The position numbers were made by a program, and so were the translations under genes. From the human T2T-CHM13v2.0 reference genome, Homo sapiens: 64,000 nt of DNA. The stretch lies in NCBI RefSeq assembly GCF_009914755.1, contig NC_060938.1. The stretch is one strand, 5' to 3'. The notes below the pieces were generated by a model. The model had not been told where the DNA came from and searched no databases. It worked only from the letters and a program-made list of their open reading frames with translations. How positions within the stretch are numbered: position 1 is the first letter of the stretch; the number at the start of each line of letters is the position of its first letter. Shown here in pieces: positions 27,701-42,510 of the stretch.

Positions 27701-29429
27701 TTAATACCCACTAGGAAAGATTTAAAGTAGTCTTGAATCGCTACAAGCTTTTGATTAAATACTCAATGATAAAGGACACCTGTCAGAGGATGGTGTTCCA
27801 TGAGCACACACTTTTTTATTTCAGTGACACAAAGAATAATTGCAGGGAAATTGGAATAGGGCAATTTAATTATGATCCCTAGGCTACATAAAAGATTATA
27901 ACACTGTCAATGCTTCTGGATATTAAATACTACCCAATTCAGAATAAAAATCTTGGAATCTGTGGAGTTTTGAAACACTTTATTAATTGCCAGGTAAGAT
28001 TTTATTAATCTGGAACTTTAACATTTTTTTTTCAAATATCTGAAATGAGTTGTTTCAAGACTGACTGTTTCCTAAGGTTCTTTCTTCAATTAATTACTCT
28101 ATTGTGTTAATACAAATAGGTAAAGCCAAGGGATTTATGTGTATGCACCGCCCTTTAGTTCTATACTTGTCATTAAGTGAAAAATAAATAGCAGTAGATT
28201 AAGGAACTTCATCAGATGACAAGAATATTATTGTGAAATTAAATATTTCCATGAATTAGAAGGTAGTTTTTTTTATTATGTAAATATGTAACTATTTTTT
28301 AGCCTTGAAATTATAAGTTATATTTGCTTTCCTTTTTGTGGGGAGGGAATGAATATGTGAAAGATGCCACTAAGACTATATGCCACATTTTACAACATTT
28401 GACCATAAATGTATATTTTATTATAATATATATTTAATAGAATATTGGTTATATATATGTTATTATGAGGAACAGGAAAGTTAGAATAATAAAAAATAGT
28501 AATCTTCAGGATTGATTGATAACTTGTTTCTAAAATAAAAAACAAAAGAAGCAGTGAGAAAAAATGCTATTAAAAAGTTCATTTAATGTTCATTAAGTTA
28601 AATGAACTATTTAAGAAATGTTGAAATAGCTATATTGATTGTGCTCAGTGTTCCTAACATCGTTTTGCCAAAACAAAAGTTCTTATAAAATACCAAGAAG
28701 GAAAGGAATGGTTACAAAGAATACCAAAATTTCGGGTTAAGGTTATTGCCTAAGTATATTGAATGCAGCATGATGAGCACATATTTGAACTCATGAATAT
28801 TTACATTTTAATGTTTAAAATGTTTGGAATTTACTAGTGAAAAGATACATTAATTTTGTTGATGTGATTGAACTATTCTCTTAACTTCAATTTTGGTGGT
28901 GGGAACATGAAAAAAATATGTAAAATCATACAATTTTACACTAAAAGGGTGAATCATAATGTCTAAATAAAAAGTGTAGAAAATGTAGAAAAAGTAAGGG
29001 TATGAACATTTACTTGATTGAGAAATAATTAAAAACCACTTTTGAGTCTTCCATCTTTAAAATACTATAGAGGAGGAAAAAAAATTCAGGTAAAATATAT
29101 GTATAAAATTTACCATCTTTACCATTTTAAATGTACCGTAATAATAAATAAATTTATATTATTATTTTCCCCTTTTTAAAAAATACTATAGATGACATGC
29201 CTCAAAGCTCAAACTATGGACTTATAGTATATTATGTGATTATTTTTAATATTTATATATTAAGTATACTTTGTATGATTTTTCCTTAAATTCCAACTGT
29301 TTCTTTTCAATAAATTAAAATATTAAAATTAGGAACTGTTTCTAGCTATCAATCATATTCAACTAATCTAGCTCAGAATAATGTGACATGATTATGCTGT
29401 TAATTATTGGAATTCCGTAGCATATTATT

Positions 29430-30295
29430 CAATTTTAGATAGAAATTATCTCAAACTTACAAAAAGTACAGTTTGAGAACTTTCAAAAAATTTCTGAACC
29501 ATTCAAAAGGAAATTCCTAATATTTCCTTATATATTTTTGTATATGATTTCCCATATTTTACCTCAAAATTTTTGTATATAGTTTCCACAACAAAAATGT
29601 TATATAGCTACAACAAAAATATACACAATGTTAAAACTGTATTTTTAAATTTTATTTATTTTTATGTTTTGAGACAGGATCTCACTCTATTGCCCAGGCT
29701 GAAGTGCAGTGGCACGATGTGTGCTCTTTGCAGCCTCCATCTCCTGGCTCAAGTGATCCTCCAACCTCAGCCACTCAAGCAGCTAGGACTACAGGCATGA
29801 CACCACACTAATTTAAAAAAAAAAAAAAAAGATTTGTAGAGACAGGGGTCTCACTACGTTGCCAGGACCTGGTCTTGAACTCCTGGGCTCAAGGAATCCT
29901 CCTTCCTCAGCCTTTCAAGTCCTGAGATTACAGACGTAAGTCATTGCACCCAGCCTTTTAAAATTTTGTTACTACTGTCTATCCACTCCTCAGACTCTAC
30001 TTCTATAAGTATTCAAGTTTCACTAATTTTCTAAAAAATGTACCTTTTGGATAAATGATCTGTATTATGATCTAGTATTATGCATATCATGCACTGAATT
30101 TGTTGATCTTATAAGTTTCTATCATTTTGATCTTCTGTCTTGATTGTGAAGATCTTGACAGTTTTGGCCAATTATTTTGCATAATGTCCTCCAATCTGTG
30201 TTTCTTTGATATTTTTTGTTTAGCTTATTTTCAGGCGTCTTTGGCAGGAATATCAGAGAAGTGATGCTATGTTCTTTATCACGTGATTGCCCCCA
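29430..30295 (-). mobile_element. L1MC4/5-type 3'UTR, interrupted by an AluJ
   Basis: tctcaaacttacaaaaag, tttctgaaccatt, ggccaattattttgcataatgtcctccaatctg, tttggcaggaatatcagagaagtgatgct. Confidence 0.6.
29649..29955 (-). mobile_element. AluJ (Jo/Jr)
   Basis: gagacaggatctcactct, ctcaagtgatcctcc and ctcctgggctcaag are J-type positions. Confidence 0.92.
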
Positions 30296-30547
30296 TGTTA
30301 ATTCTAGTTACCATGCCTGAGCTTGTATATAGAAGTTCCAAACTATCTTTGATGTAACATCCTGTTTTGGCTAGGCCAGGCCATCACCCTCTGGCATGGA
30401 AGCACTAACCACCTTCTTCTGAGTCAATGTGGCCCCACTTTCTCCACTACAGTAGCATAAGACTCTACCTTATTCATCCTCTCCTAGTGGCTTTGGACTG
30501 ATTTTTTCAGGAAGGAAAAGAAGAAAGAGAAAAGAGAAATTTAAAAC

Positions 30548-31212
30548 ATTTTTAAATTGCTAATGCAGTTTAATTTACATATAATAAAATTTACTAATTT
30601 TAAATACAAATTTCCATGAGTTTACACAAATAAGTCCAGTTGTGTAACCAGCACCCAATATAGATGTAGACTGTTTACACTACCCCAAAATATTCTCTTG
30701 TGCCTTCTGCAGTTGATGCTCCCTCCCTAGCCGCAGTCTAATGATGAAATTGGCCTGCTTTCTGTCACTGTATTTTTGCATAATATATGTAATCTAATAT
30801 GACCAGCTCAGACAATTGGAAGGATGTTGTTGAGATTCATTTATGTTTTTGTATATATCCCTAGTATTCCTTTGTTATTCATTCACCATTATTTGTTTAT
30901 CTACTTACCAGTTCATAGATATTTCAAGATTTGTTACATTTTGATGAATGTTGCTATCAACACGTGTACGTAAATTGCTATGTAAACATATTTTCATTTT
31001 ACTTATGGTAAGTGCATATTAAAACTTATAAGAAACAGTCAAACTGTTTTCCAAAGCAAAGCTGTAGTACAATTTTAGATTTGAACCAGCAATGAACAAA
31101 TGTTCTAAATGTTTCACATACTCAGCAATAATTGGCATTGTTGTTCTTTTAAGTTTCAGCTATTCTTCTGTGTGTGTAGAGATATTTTATTGAGCTTCTA
31201 ATTTGCATTTCA
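30548..31212 (-). mobile_element. L1ME1-type 3' end
   Basis: tttacatataataaaatttactaattttaa...tgtgtaacca...tactcagcaatattggcattg...taatttgcattt. Confidence 0.7.
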
Positions 31213-31899
31213 TGAAGCTTTCAAAAAGGCAAAATAAGGCCATAAAATAGAATTTCATCTGTATAAAATAATCCATGTTTTACTTTCTCTCTTCCATAAA
31301 TAATGCTTTTACTAGCTTCAAACATGCTGTCGTTTCTTTTAACTTAGAAATTTGTGATCAGTAAGTCATTATATAGTCATAGCTAAAATAAGTTCAATTG
31401 ACTGTATTATTAAGTGGAACATATTAAATGGTCCTGCATTCTTAGGCTAATTTTGGCAATGAGAATTTGACATTGAGTCATCCTAATACATAGTGATAAT
31501 TAAATGTTACATAGTAATTTAATTAAATAATTAATTGCTTTAATAAATGAGAGAACATTATTTCTGTTCAAAATATCTTAAGGCTTATGTGTTTATAAAA
31601 ATAAACACTTCACACATGGCCAATTTTAGGTTCAAGAGATCAAGCATATATGGGAGGAGATGACATATAAAGAAGGGAATTGCCATTAAATGGGATGTAG
31701 ATATATGGGAGCTAGAAGTAAAGATAATTCCAAATGTAGGTAAGCAGGGTCATAACAGGGAATTTGTGATTCTTCAGTAAAAACTAACAAAACATACTCA
31801 TTGGAATATAGATAGTATAACATGAATTTATATTCTTTCAATGTATGTTGTGGGTCCAAATTACCAGTGGCCCACCCATAACAGGTCATAATTGTACTG

Positions 31900-32335
31900 G
31901 ATACAACAAAGTGACCACTTGAAAAGGCATTCTTCATTGTCCTTTGTAGTGCCTTCCGTAAGACTAACTTCTGTCTAATGGATGTGAATTAAAATTGTTG
32001 GGTAGAACATTCATAAAAGATTCTTAAAGCAGGTAAGTTGGGAGTCAATGTCAGCTGACAGCCTGTGCATACATTCTCTTCATTGCCTTTTTCTCTCTGA
32101 TTTTCTCATTCCCTAAAATATTATTGTTATAACTGGAGCCATCTTGGGACTGTGCAGACATAAGCAGAGAATAAGGAGGACTGAGAAGACAGTCTGTATT
32201 CTTGATGACACTAACATGGTTTAATACTAACTCTGGCCAACTCATCTGTATGTTTCTTCTTATGTGATGAAATTAGAAGCTCTCATTTTTTAAGGCCACA
32301 CTTTTTAAAATCCCTGTTATCAAAAGTCACATGCA
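31900..32335 (+). mobile_element. Old MaLR LTR (MLT1J/K-like)
   Basis: ggagccatcttgggactgtg and ttttaaggccac motifs; highly diverged. Confidence 0.45.
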
Positions 32336-32349
32336 GTTTTTGGCTGTTA

Positions 32350-32655
32350 TTTTATTTATTTATTTATTTTTGAGACAGAGTCTTGCTCTGTCTTGCTCAG
32401 GCAGAAGTGCAGTGGTGGGATCTCAGCTCACTGCAGCCTCCGCACTCCTGGGTTCAAGTATTTCTCCTGTGTCAGCCTCCCAAGTAGCTGGGACTACAAG
32501 TGTGTGCCACCTTATGAGGCTAATTTTGTATTTTTAGTAGAGATGGTGTTTCACCATGTTGGCCAGGCTGGTCTCGAACTCCCGACCTCAGGTGCTCTGC
32601 CTGCCTCAACCTCCCAAAGTGCTTGGATTACAGGCATGAGCCACCACACCCAGCC
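32350..32655 (-). mobile_element. AluSx-type
   Basis: Full dimer; TSD agtttttggctgtta / aatttttggttgtta. Confidence 0.93.
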
Positions 32656-32912
32656 AATTTTTGGTTGTTATAAATATAAAATCAAATTTTATCTTTAATT
32701 ATGTATTCTAAAATACATTTTCCTTTAAAAATAAAATAACAACTAACATCCCCTTGACAAAACACTAGTTTGCATTAGTAATAGTCTATTTTATGAGTTT
32801 TTTTGATACTTTATTATTGGGTATTAAATATTGCCACAATATTTGTTCAGGTACTATTTAATAAAATTTTCCTGAAACACTCAATGCATAGTAGTTACAT
32901 GTTGCTACAAAA

Positions 32913-32945
32913 GTGTGTGTGTGGTGTGTGAGTGTGTGTGTGTGT
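32913..32945. repeat. Interrupted (TG)n
   Basis: gtgtgtgtgtggtgtgtgagtgtgtgtgtgtgt. Confidence 0.8.
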
Positions 32946-34879
32946 TATTTTTGGCCGCTAAACCAGTATAATTGTGGTATGGATACATAGCTTTTTGGGT
33001 TATCTATGTAACTGTAGTAGTGTTAAATTAATGTATACATTCGAAAACCTCTTTAAATATAAACTTGGATAAGAATAGTGAATTGAATTTCATGTAATTT
33101 ATACTTCATTTAAGCTGTTTACAGAATCTCATGTGATCATTATGAAGGATTTAACATTGAGTCAGTAACAGATTTCCTGTAGGGTTGAGTGGACTCCACG
33201 CATAACTGAAAGATTTGTGCTAGCAGTTGTGCATATCAGTCAGTGTTCAGTGCTTTTGAACTTGTGTGAGCATTGCATGAATGTATTGCTTTTTCTGGGA
33301 TTTTAGAAAGAAGAAAACCTTCACAAACAATAACATTATACATTTTTATCAGCCCGCTTAGTTAGAGGAATAATCTGATGCAATTTATGTTCATTTTGTG
33401 TCTGTCAAGCTAAAGTACATGCTGCAAGATGAGAAAAGAAGGAACGGAACTATCCCTGGATTAATAGACATGACATTTGTGCAAACAGGTAGATAAAATG
33501 ATTTGCAAAAACAGACTAAAAAGGAGGAAAGGTAAAATGTAAAAGTTGGAACTAATGTTATCAACCCAATCTGTTACCTGAGCTCACAAGTTAAACATAG
33601 TATTGCAATGTCAGCATTTCTCCAGGAAAGTAGAACGCTATAAATATCTCCTGCATGGAAGTGATATTTGACCTATAAAATACCACAAACCCAACAGTAC
33701 TTGCTGCTGAAATTTGATAATCATTGTCTGTAAAGTGGCAGACTTTCTTTAGAGTGTGGAATGAGAAGAGAAGTAAGCCCCATGTAAAATGGCAATAAAA
33801 TATGTTATGAATTTTCTAGTTTGGACTGACACATTTTGTTCATTATAAGTTTTCAAGAATTGCTGCATTTATCCTTGCCTCCTAAGCACTGTCTTAGCAG
33901 ACATTGTGATTTTTCAATCCCAAACTGTACTAAAATTCTAGTTGGATGGTGTAATCTATAAAATTTGTAATTCTGAGTGATTAAAAAGAACTACTGTTTC
34001 CAATTTTGAAGCATGTGTTCTGTTCATGTTTCAGTGCTAAAGACTTAGAAGCATTTAAAATACTGCAAAACACAATTTACAGAATATTTGGAAATTAATA
34101 GGCTTATTATCATTTTGGTTTTGTTTGTTCATGATTTGTGGGGTGTGGCTAATTAGAGTATTTTCTTCATTGCAGAGGAGTTTTTGATTTGTTTTCTGTA
34201 CAGAAATACTTTTTCACAATTTTTACAAAACATGATAACATTTTCTTTATGCATCAGTCTGAGGGCAACAGATTTATTGATTTCTAAAATGAATCCCTGC
34301 TGATTCTCTATACTACCACTGTGACTGCTGCAGTCGTAACATCTGATTTTAATTTATTTTAGTTTCATCCACTTAAAAATATATATTTTAGCCGTGTACA
34401 TTTTAACAAATGTTCACTTCCCTAAATTCTTTAGTATTCTTTTTTATGAAATAACATTTTACAATTAAAAACAAAATTTGAAATAGCATTTTAAAAGTGT
34501 CATAATTCTGTCATGGATATCAAGATATATAGGTTAATATTCTGTTTCTTATTGATGAAATTATTGGTATAGGTATAGAAAGAGTAAATGCTAAAATAAA
34601 AATTATTCTAAATGCCAAAGCTCAGAAAAAAACACTCTTCATATTTGATTATAGAGTTTTTATGTTTTTATAATAAAATTTATCAAGTAGGTTTATTTTG
34701 TTCATAATAAATTCAAACCTGAATTTCTTTTTTTGAAAATATGTTAAGAACCAGTAACAAAATCATTTTAATAGTTATGCTTTATTCTACCTTATGCATT
34801 AAGTAGTTTAAATACTTTGCTATAAAACTGGATTTTTTTCTATTTTTTCAATAACATAAAAATACTCACTATAAGTTTT

Positions 34880-35790
34880 TACTTGATTATTAATTATTCC
34901 ACATAAATTCCTAGAAGCTAAATATTTAGGTCATAGGATATATATTTTAATATAGGTTTGATGAAATAGAATCATATTGCCTGCTAGATAATCTGTACAT
35001 TTTAATCTTTCTCTACCACTGTCTGATAGTGTTCATTGTTCCACATCCTTATCAATATTGGGCCCTATCACTTTCTGCTGAATAGACAAAACAACAACAA
35101 CAACAAAAAGTTCTTAATTTTCATTTTAATGAATTCTAAATAATACAATTGAAAAATAATACAAATGAATGAATTAATAATATATTAATTGGCTACATTC
35201 ATGTTTTCCTTAATTAGCTACCAAATAAAATTCTGGTCACCTCTATTCATGCATATGCTCATTTGTTTTTACTTTGTGATTTTAAGGTTTCTCTGTAAAA
35301 CAATAATATAGACAACTGACTTTAATATCTATTTTCAATATTTTTCCTAGTTAAGAAATGTATATTTTGTTAAAGATATAAGTTTTGCCCCTTTCCCCCA
35401 TTCAGGACAATCTAACAAAGTCATTTTCCAAGTAGATATTATCCTAACTTTAATTTTTCTGTAAATTATTTTTAATTATATGTTTTGCATTTAAACCTCA
35501 AACACATTTGTAGTTTGCTGGCTGTAAGATGTGAATAGGAATTGAGGTCATTGCATTTTTAATAAATTCCAACTAGTTACCTAACTGAGACTTTATTGAC
35601 TCTTTACTGAATAACCCTTCTTTCTTTTAGTGAAAGAAGGATTATTTGTGGTTGCTTGTTATTAACTAAATTTTGAACTTCTGTATTTTCTGGGTTTTCC
35701 TTTCTATTTTATTAAATTATTGTTAAATATCTAGAGTCACATTAGTTTAAATGCTATGGCTTTATTGTGTCTACAAGAATTTATTACTTT
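34880..35790 (-). mobile_element. Old L1ME ORF2 end/3'UTR
   Basis: taaattcctagaag...ggtcataggatatatatttt...ttccacatccttatcaatattggg, with T-rich strand bias. Confidence 0.55.
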
Positions 35791-36899
35791 AATTCCTATA
35801 GTGTCAATGTCGTTTATGAGAATTGAGGAACACATAGGGTTTCTTTATGGATTGGTAGGTTGAAATTCAAACTATACTTATTGGGATACTGCATGATCCA
35901 TCTTCACTCACCCAAAATTTTCTGGCTTTAATCATCTTTTATATTCTTTTTATATTCAATTACTATTTCTCCTACTGCTACCTGAGATATGCAACCTGCC
36001 TTCATTGCTCACATAAAAAATTAAATTGTTACTTTAAAGTTCTATCTATACTTTATTATATGTTACTTCTTTAAAACAAAATATCTTCCTAAGTTGTTCA
36101 TAGTAAACTAATTATTTAATATGATTTTAAAAATTCTAACACTTTAAATAAAAAGGTCCACAGATGACCATAACTTAATAGGAAAACAATTTCAAAATTA
36201 CGGGTCATGATTTTCATTGCATCAATGAAAACTATCAGAAAAGCGAATCACAAAAACAAAACTGAATAAAATATACTCTCAGGAGAACCTAATTTTGGCC
36301 ATTTACATTGATAAATTTGATGAAAATGTTATCTTTGGTGTCGAAATATTTCTGCTTCATTTATTTTTATGTTGTTAATTTCAAATGTGAAAGCACACAC
36401 TAAAACCAAATTGTAGCCAATATTTTTTTCCAGTATAATTTGTTCCCTGTTTCTATTTAAAGGTAAGTTGGAATCAGGCTGAAAGCTTAAAATCGATTCT
36501 TTCATTGCATAGATATTCTTGTTTTACTTATATTCATGAAAGTTAATTTTTATTTCACATTCATCCCATCATTTTTCTCTCCGTATTTGTTGCAATTATG
36601 AGAATGTCATTCAATAAACTATGTGCATCATATTTATTTAATTATTCACTTAAATATATGATATCTCACCTAAATGCCAGGTCCTAGATTTGTCCTCTTG
36701 AGTCAAGTCAGTTCTTTGAAAGTGGAAGAGTTCATGTCAGACTGGTCATCTCCCAGACCCATCTAGATATTGTCCTAGCAGTTTAACTTGCCAGGGAAAA
36801 ATCAAAATTAAAAAAGAGCCGACTGGTGTCACATTGAATTCATGACGAAAGAGTTCAAATGGGTACAATCACTACCTGGAAACCTTTTAGCACTTTAAA

Positions 36900-38860
36900 C
36901 TGTCCCAAATAACGAATATCTTTTTTCATTCACCTCGGACCTTCAGTAAGTACTTTCTTGACTGCATTACTCTAATAAGATGACAAGCTTTTCAAATTTC
37001 ATCCCAAAAATGAAAGCTATTAGACAAGAACTGACACATTTCCTATCTACCAAATCATGCTAGCCTCATGCTTTCATCATCAAGGTCTTCCTTCTTGATA
37101 AACTAAAAGTGGTGACCCTGATTACTTGGTGTACTTTTTTAGTATTCTCAAGACTTTACTTCTGAGATTTTCTCCCTTTTATTTATCATGCCTATCAATA
37201 TAGTTCTATTATGCTTATCTTTAAGGGAAGTATGCATTGACCACCTCTCTTCCCCTCATACTATCTCAGTTGCTCCCCCCATACTTCACAGGAAAACCGG
37301 CCCCCAAAACTATGTGCACTCAGTGTCTGTACATTCTCATGATTTATTTTCTAGTTAACTTATACTGACAGAGCAAATGTCTCCTCTCTGTAAAAATCAC
37401 TACTGTTAAATTACCAAAGATCATTAGTGTGCCAAATCTAGCGCTTCTTATTAATCGATTGAATACTTTAGAAGTCCCTCTTTTTTTTTCCCATCACCAG
37501 AAGGCCATAATAAGCTCTGAAAGGCTTAAATTTCTTAGCCTCCCTTTATCTGGCAATCCAAGTACATATATTTTTCTCCCTAAAGTTCTACAAAGAAGTC
37601 TAATAAGCTTTTCAAAATTAATACATAAAAAACCATATCTCTTGAAACTTTCAGTAAGCCTTTTCCTTCCCTAGAATTTTCAATCTCGATTATGAGATAA
37701 GACACATCCATAAACCCAAAACTTCCTAGTCTTCCTTGATTACTTTTATTTTTTCACCTCTTCGTCTATATCATAATGATTATTTTATTCTAAAAATGTA
37801 TTTCAAAGGTGACCAATTCTGGCCATTCTTCCAAAACTTTCTTAGTTAAGACTCTATTGTTTCTAGCATGAGTTCAGGCAACAGCCTATAACAGGCTTCC
37901 CTGCTTCCATTCTTGCTCATCTACAATCCACAGCAGTAAGAGGGGCCTTTAATAATATAATTTAGACTATAATTCTTGCCTCTACTCCTTCAAAATATCC
38001 CCACATTACTTAGAATAAATTCAAACTCCCTTTTCTTAACTCAAATGATTCTGCCTGTTCACATGGTTTTACTTCTATTTCACCAGTGCTGTATTGCCAT
38101 TCTTTCTGTTTTATTTTCTTTCCATACCTGCTCTCGGATCAAATTTTACATCCTGAGAAATGCCTTTTTATTACTCCGGTTATGTACACCACCTTCACGA
38201 TGCACTCTTGAATACAATACCTGATTTTAATTTCTCCAAATTGCATGTTAAAATATCAAATGTAATTGCTTATTTTGTTTAGTGTCTCCTACTGAGAATA
38301 TAAACTCTATAAGTAGATTATGAATTAGCTGTGGATCACTTGAAAGAGGCAAGGGAAATGTTAGGACAAGAGGACATAACCTGTAAAGAAGAGTAGAGAA
38401 GAAAAGGTCTTTAAACAGCCAAAAGAATGTGAAAGATATAAGAAAAACCCTACTCTTCATTTTCCCCCATGTCTATACTTTCCTTGCAATGTTTATTACA
38501 AATGCAATACCATCTGCCCACATCTGTACATGTTCACGTTGTCCTACATTTTTATTCTCAAATGCCATTTCCCTAGTAATGTTTTCTAGGATATCCTGGA
38601 CTAAAGTAATGTCTTTTACTTTTAGACACTTGAAACCTTTTTATCTCCATTTTGTTTATCTCCTTTGTTATCTGGTACATGGCACTATTTATTAGGCTTT
38701 TAATTATTGGTGCTCAAGAATACTCCCCTACTGTGTTATGCATCCAACTGGAGTCTGTGTCTTTAATTATTTACATTTGCATACCCCCACTATTCCTAAT
38801 ACATTTACTTCCATTGTCACTAGTTTACTATTAACAAATTAATGAAAAGGGATTAAATGC
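36900..38860 (+). mobile_element. L2 fragments (ORF2 remnant and 3' ends)
   Basis: agctattagacaagaact, cttccctgcttccattcttgc...ctacaatcca, ccccacattacttagaataaattcaaactcc, tgtctcctactgagaatataaactctataag. Confidence 0.6.
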
Positions 38861-39404
38861 ATATTTAGCAGAGCTTTATTGGACAAATCAAATCTGTTTT
38901 ATGCTTTCTGGATCAAATCTATAATGCAGTAACACTTAATTTTGTGTCTCTACTCATGTGACCATGTATGTTTTTAAAATTTAAATTTTATCTGAAAAAG
39001 TTGTGATTAAGTATTTAAATAATGTTCAAATATGGTATAATAAGTATTAATTTCTTCCATTCCAACTTTCTTGCTTGTCTATTTATTTGTCTCTCCTTTA
39101 CTTCTTGTCTTATTTTAAATTAAGTGTAGCAATTCTCCAAGTCACTATCTATACATTCTAAAAGAACATTCTCTCAAATTAGACCATTAATTTATTAAGA
39201 ATTTTACATTTAGCAATATGGCACTTCCAAAAATGTCAAAGTAGTTTGAATTCTTTAACACTGAAAATGGTATTTGGTGTGTGGAAGGGATATTTTGGAT
39301 CACTAACCAGAAAATGTTGTTGTTTAGATATGTATTTAGACATATAGATAGATAGGATAGAGAAATATAATTTATTTGTTATACACAGCCAGGTAGGAAC
39401 AGGG

Positions 39405-39535
39405 CAGGCATTGTTTTCTTCCTTTTATATGTAAGCCTTAAGGGGTTAAGCACCATGGTTAGGATTACTAAGAGAATAAATGCAGAGTGAATGTTAAACA
39501 CTGGTTTGTCTGGCCCCAAAACTCTTACTTGGGTC
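39405..39535 (-). mobile_element. MIR fragment
   Basis: aggggttaag...taaatgcagag...tgtctggccccaaaactc. Confidence 0.45.
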
Positions 39536-41160
39536 CTGAAGCATCCGGACACTCTTCTTTGTCTCTCAAGAACATAAGCAATCTCTATTTTGATATTATC
39601 AATATTTTCTTCTGGGTCTCAGGATCCTAGCTATATTCCCTCATCGGTACATTAACTTTGCCATTGTCATTTAGTAGCGAAAGGTGTGGTAAGTATGTTA
39701 CGTAATAGGAACTGTAGGTTTGTGTTTCTGTGTATCTGTGTCCATGTGAACAGGCACATTAATGGTGGCAGTTAGTAAGGGTGCAATTGCTACAGAAAAT
39801 GACTCACAAGACTAAAGTAATCCACTCCAATGGCAGAGTCCTCTCGTGGGTCTCATGAAGATAAGATGCAAATCATCACCCCATGCTACCAATAAAGTAT
39901 GCTGACAAGCTTAAACTTGTGTCAGAACAATGTTTACAAGGCAATACTATTAATTGGTAGGTTTATGACTTGATTAGTGCACAGTATCACACAGCGTATC
40001 CCTTATTTCAATGAAATGGCTCAGGACAACTTCAGATCACTTAGAATTAATTTTTCTAGCGCAAAATAGTCATAATAATCAGAAAGTATTGTTAAACCTT
40101 TTTAAAGATGATTCTGTGAAACAACTTTGAGTGTGTAAAACTTTTTGTGACAAACTCTAACCTACCAGTCTGCTCCAGTCCCTAAAATTCACAAACTGAG
40201 TAATCAAGAAATTCATACACCTGTCTTCTCATTTTAATATGTATGTAAATATTTTTTAAAAGAAAGCACATGATCTCTAAAGTTTGTTAGCAAGTTATTT
40301 TCTGTTCTCTATTTTTATTGTTCTTCATTATATAGAATGGACTAAAAATAATTTCTTCATTTGGAGAAAAGATAAAAAAAATTTCTACTCTCCCTTTCAT
40401 CATATTCTCATCTCTTGATATTCTTTGAAAACCACCAAGCAAATTCTAAATATCCATGGAGCACAGCTTGCAAAACAATGCTCTAACTCAATCCTAATAT
40501 TGTACAGAATATTAAACTGAAACAGAGGGGTCAATCTTCATTTCCAAAGAATTATTGCTTACTAGTGACAATCATGATAAAAACCAGCATTGCTAATTAG
40601 CCTCCCAGTATTCTTCGCATACATAGGTATCAACAGCTGTCCAGTTGACAAGTATATATATTTTTTAGAAATAGTATCAATCATTTATTAATCAAAATTA
40701 ATAGGTGGTTATATTTAAAAGATGTTGACTTAAGCCGATTAAATATGCTCCCATATATTTATGTGATCTGTTAATTCGCTTAGCTAATCTTCTCTTTGTT
40801 AGGTCAAATATAAACACATATTTAGAGCTTGTGGAAAAGTATCTTAAGTTAAATAATTACCATCTAAAAATTAACTAGCATCTTTTAAATTTTAATTATC
40901 CTATGCTAGTCTTATTTTATTATCTCTGCTAAATGCTTCTTAACATTGTGGATATTTAATTGGCTTTTTTTATTCTTAAGTTTACACAAAATAACAGTGT
41001 TCTCATAATGAATGATAACTTAGTTTTTTAAAATATATATATTCAGAAGGAGTTTTCAATGTTAGTTAGATCAAGTGTTGACCATGTTTATGAGAGCTGG
41101 GTCACAGGTTTAGCTTGCCCTAATGTTCACTTAGCTTCACTCAGAAAAATAATGTATTCT

Positions 41161-41494
<334 letters not shown>

Positions 41495-41523
41495 TTACAC
41501 CTAGATTATATCAATTTGAATAC

Positions 41524-41974
41524 TATGATAGGTTGCATTATTGTTCATGGTTATCTCCTTTTCTTCCCTTCAGGCACAGAAAGGTGTATACAGTCTATTC
41601 TAGTGTAGTCTACACTAATCAACCTGCATCTGTAACATGCTACTAGGATAATACATTTCTGACCATGGAACGCGACTTGCTATATCCCATTGAAGTCAAC
41701 CTTTTGGTCAAGTGACTTTCTTAAGAAAATATGATGTGAAAAGAAATGACATACTTTGTGTCACTGCATATTTTTTGTCACTTTTTTACCACTGCCTCAA
41801 TATTGGCATGGCCCAGTTTGAGTGGCTTTTTCATCCAAAGGCCTAGAATAAACACATGTGTAGTACACTGGCAGTTGACACACAGTAAATATAAAACACA
41901 AGTAAGAAGTATGTAATTTACCAAGATCTGGGGATTGCTCGAGTTTCCAGAAGTATTTAATTAAAACTAATATA
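41524..41974 (+). mobile_element. Old MaLR LTR (MLT1H/I-like)
   Basis: gataggttgcattattgttc start, cccattgaagtc...gtgactt, and aaactaatata end. Confidence 0.55.
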
Positions 41975-41989
41975 AATAAATTTACAAAA

Positions 41990-42510
41990 TATACTTTTTG
42001 CCTACAATATTCCAGGGACTTTTAAAATGTTGAAATAGAGTTGTTAATATGGCAAGGAACTCCCCTGACTAGCCTCAAGGAGCTTACATTTTGTGGGGGA
42101 AAAATACAATAAACACGTAAACAAATAAAATAAAAAGATTATTGTCGAGCTATTTGGTAGGTGATATTTATAATATATGCCAGTGTATCTTTGGAACTGG
42201 GCAGCTCGAGGACTGCAATATGATGCTCAAGAAGCTACTTTAAAGGGACATGGAGTTTTAGCAAAAATCTTGATAACAAGCAGAAACTAATATGAACCTA
42301 TTGGGTACAGGTTCCTAGGCAGGGTTATGGAAAACAGGAATAGGATCTACTACATTATAGGAATAAATCCAGTAGGCATGAAATATGGTGAGCTAGGAAG
42401 GCAATGGGAGTAAATATTTAGAGATGTGGCAGAGACCAGGTTACACAGAGCCTTGCTGGGCTGAAGAAGGAGTGTGTAGTCTATTCTACAGGGAATTAAA
42501 AATAACCCAC
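41990..42510 (-). mobile_element. L2 fragment
   Basis: cctcaaggagcttacatttt...aataaacacgtaaacaaataaa...cagagccttgctggg. Confidence 0.55.
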
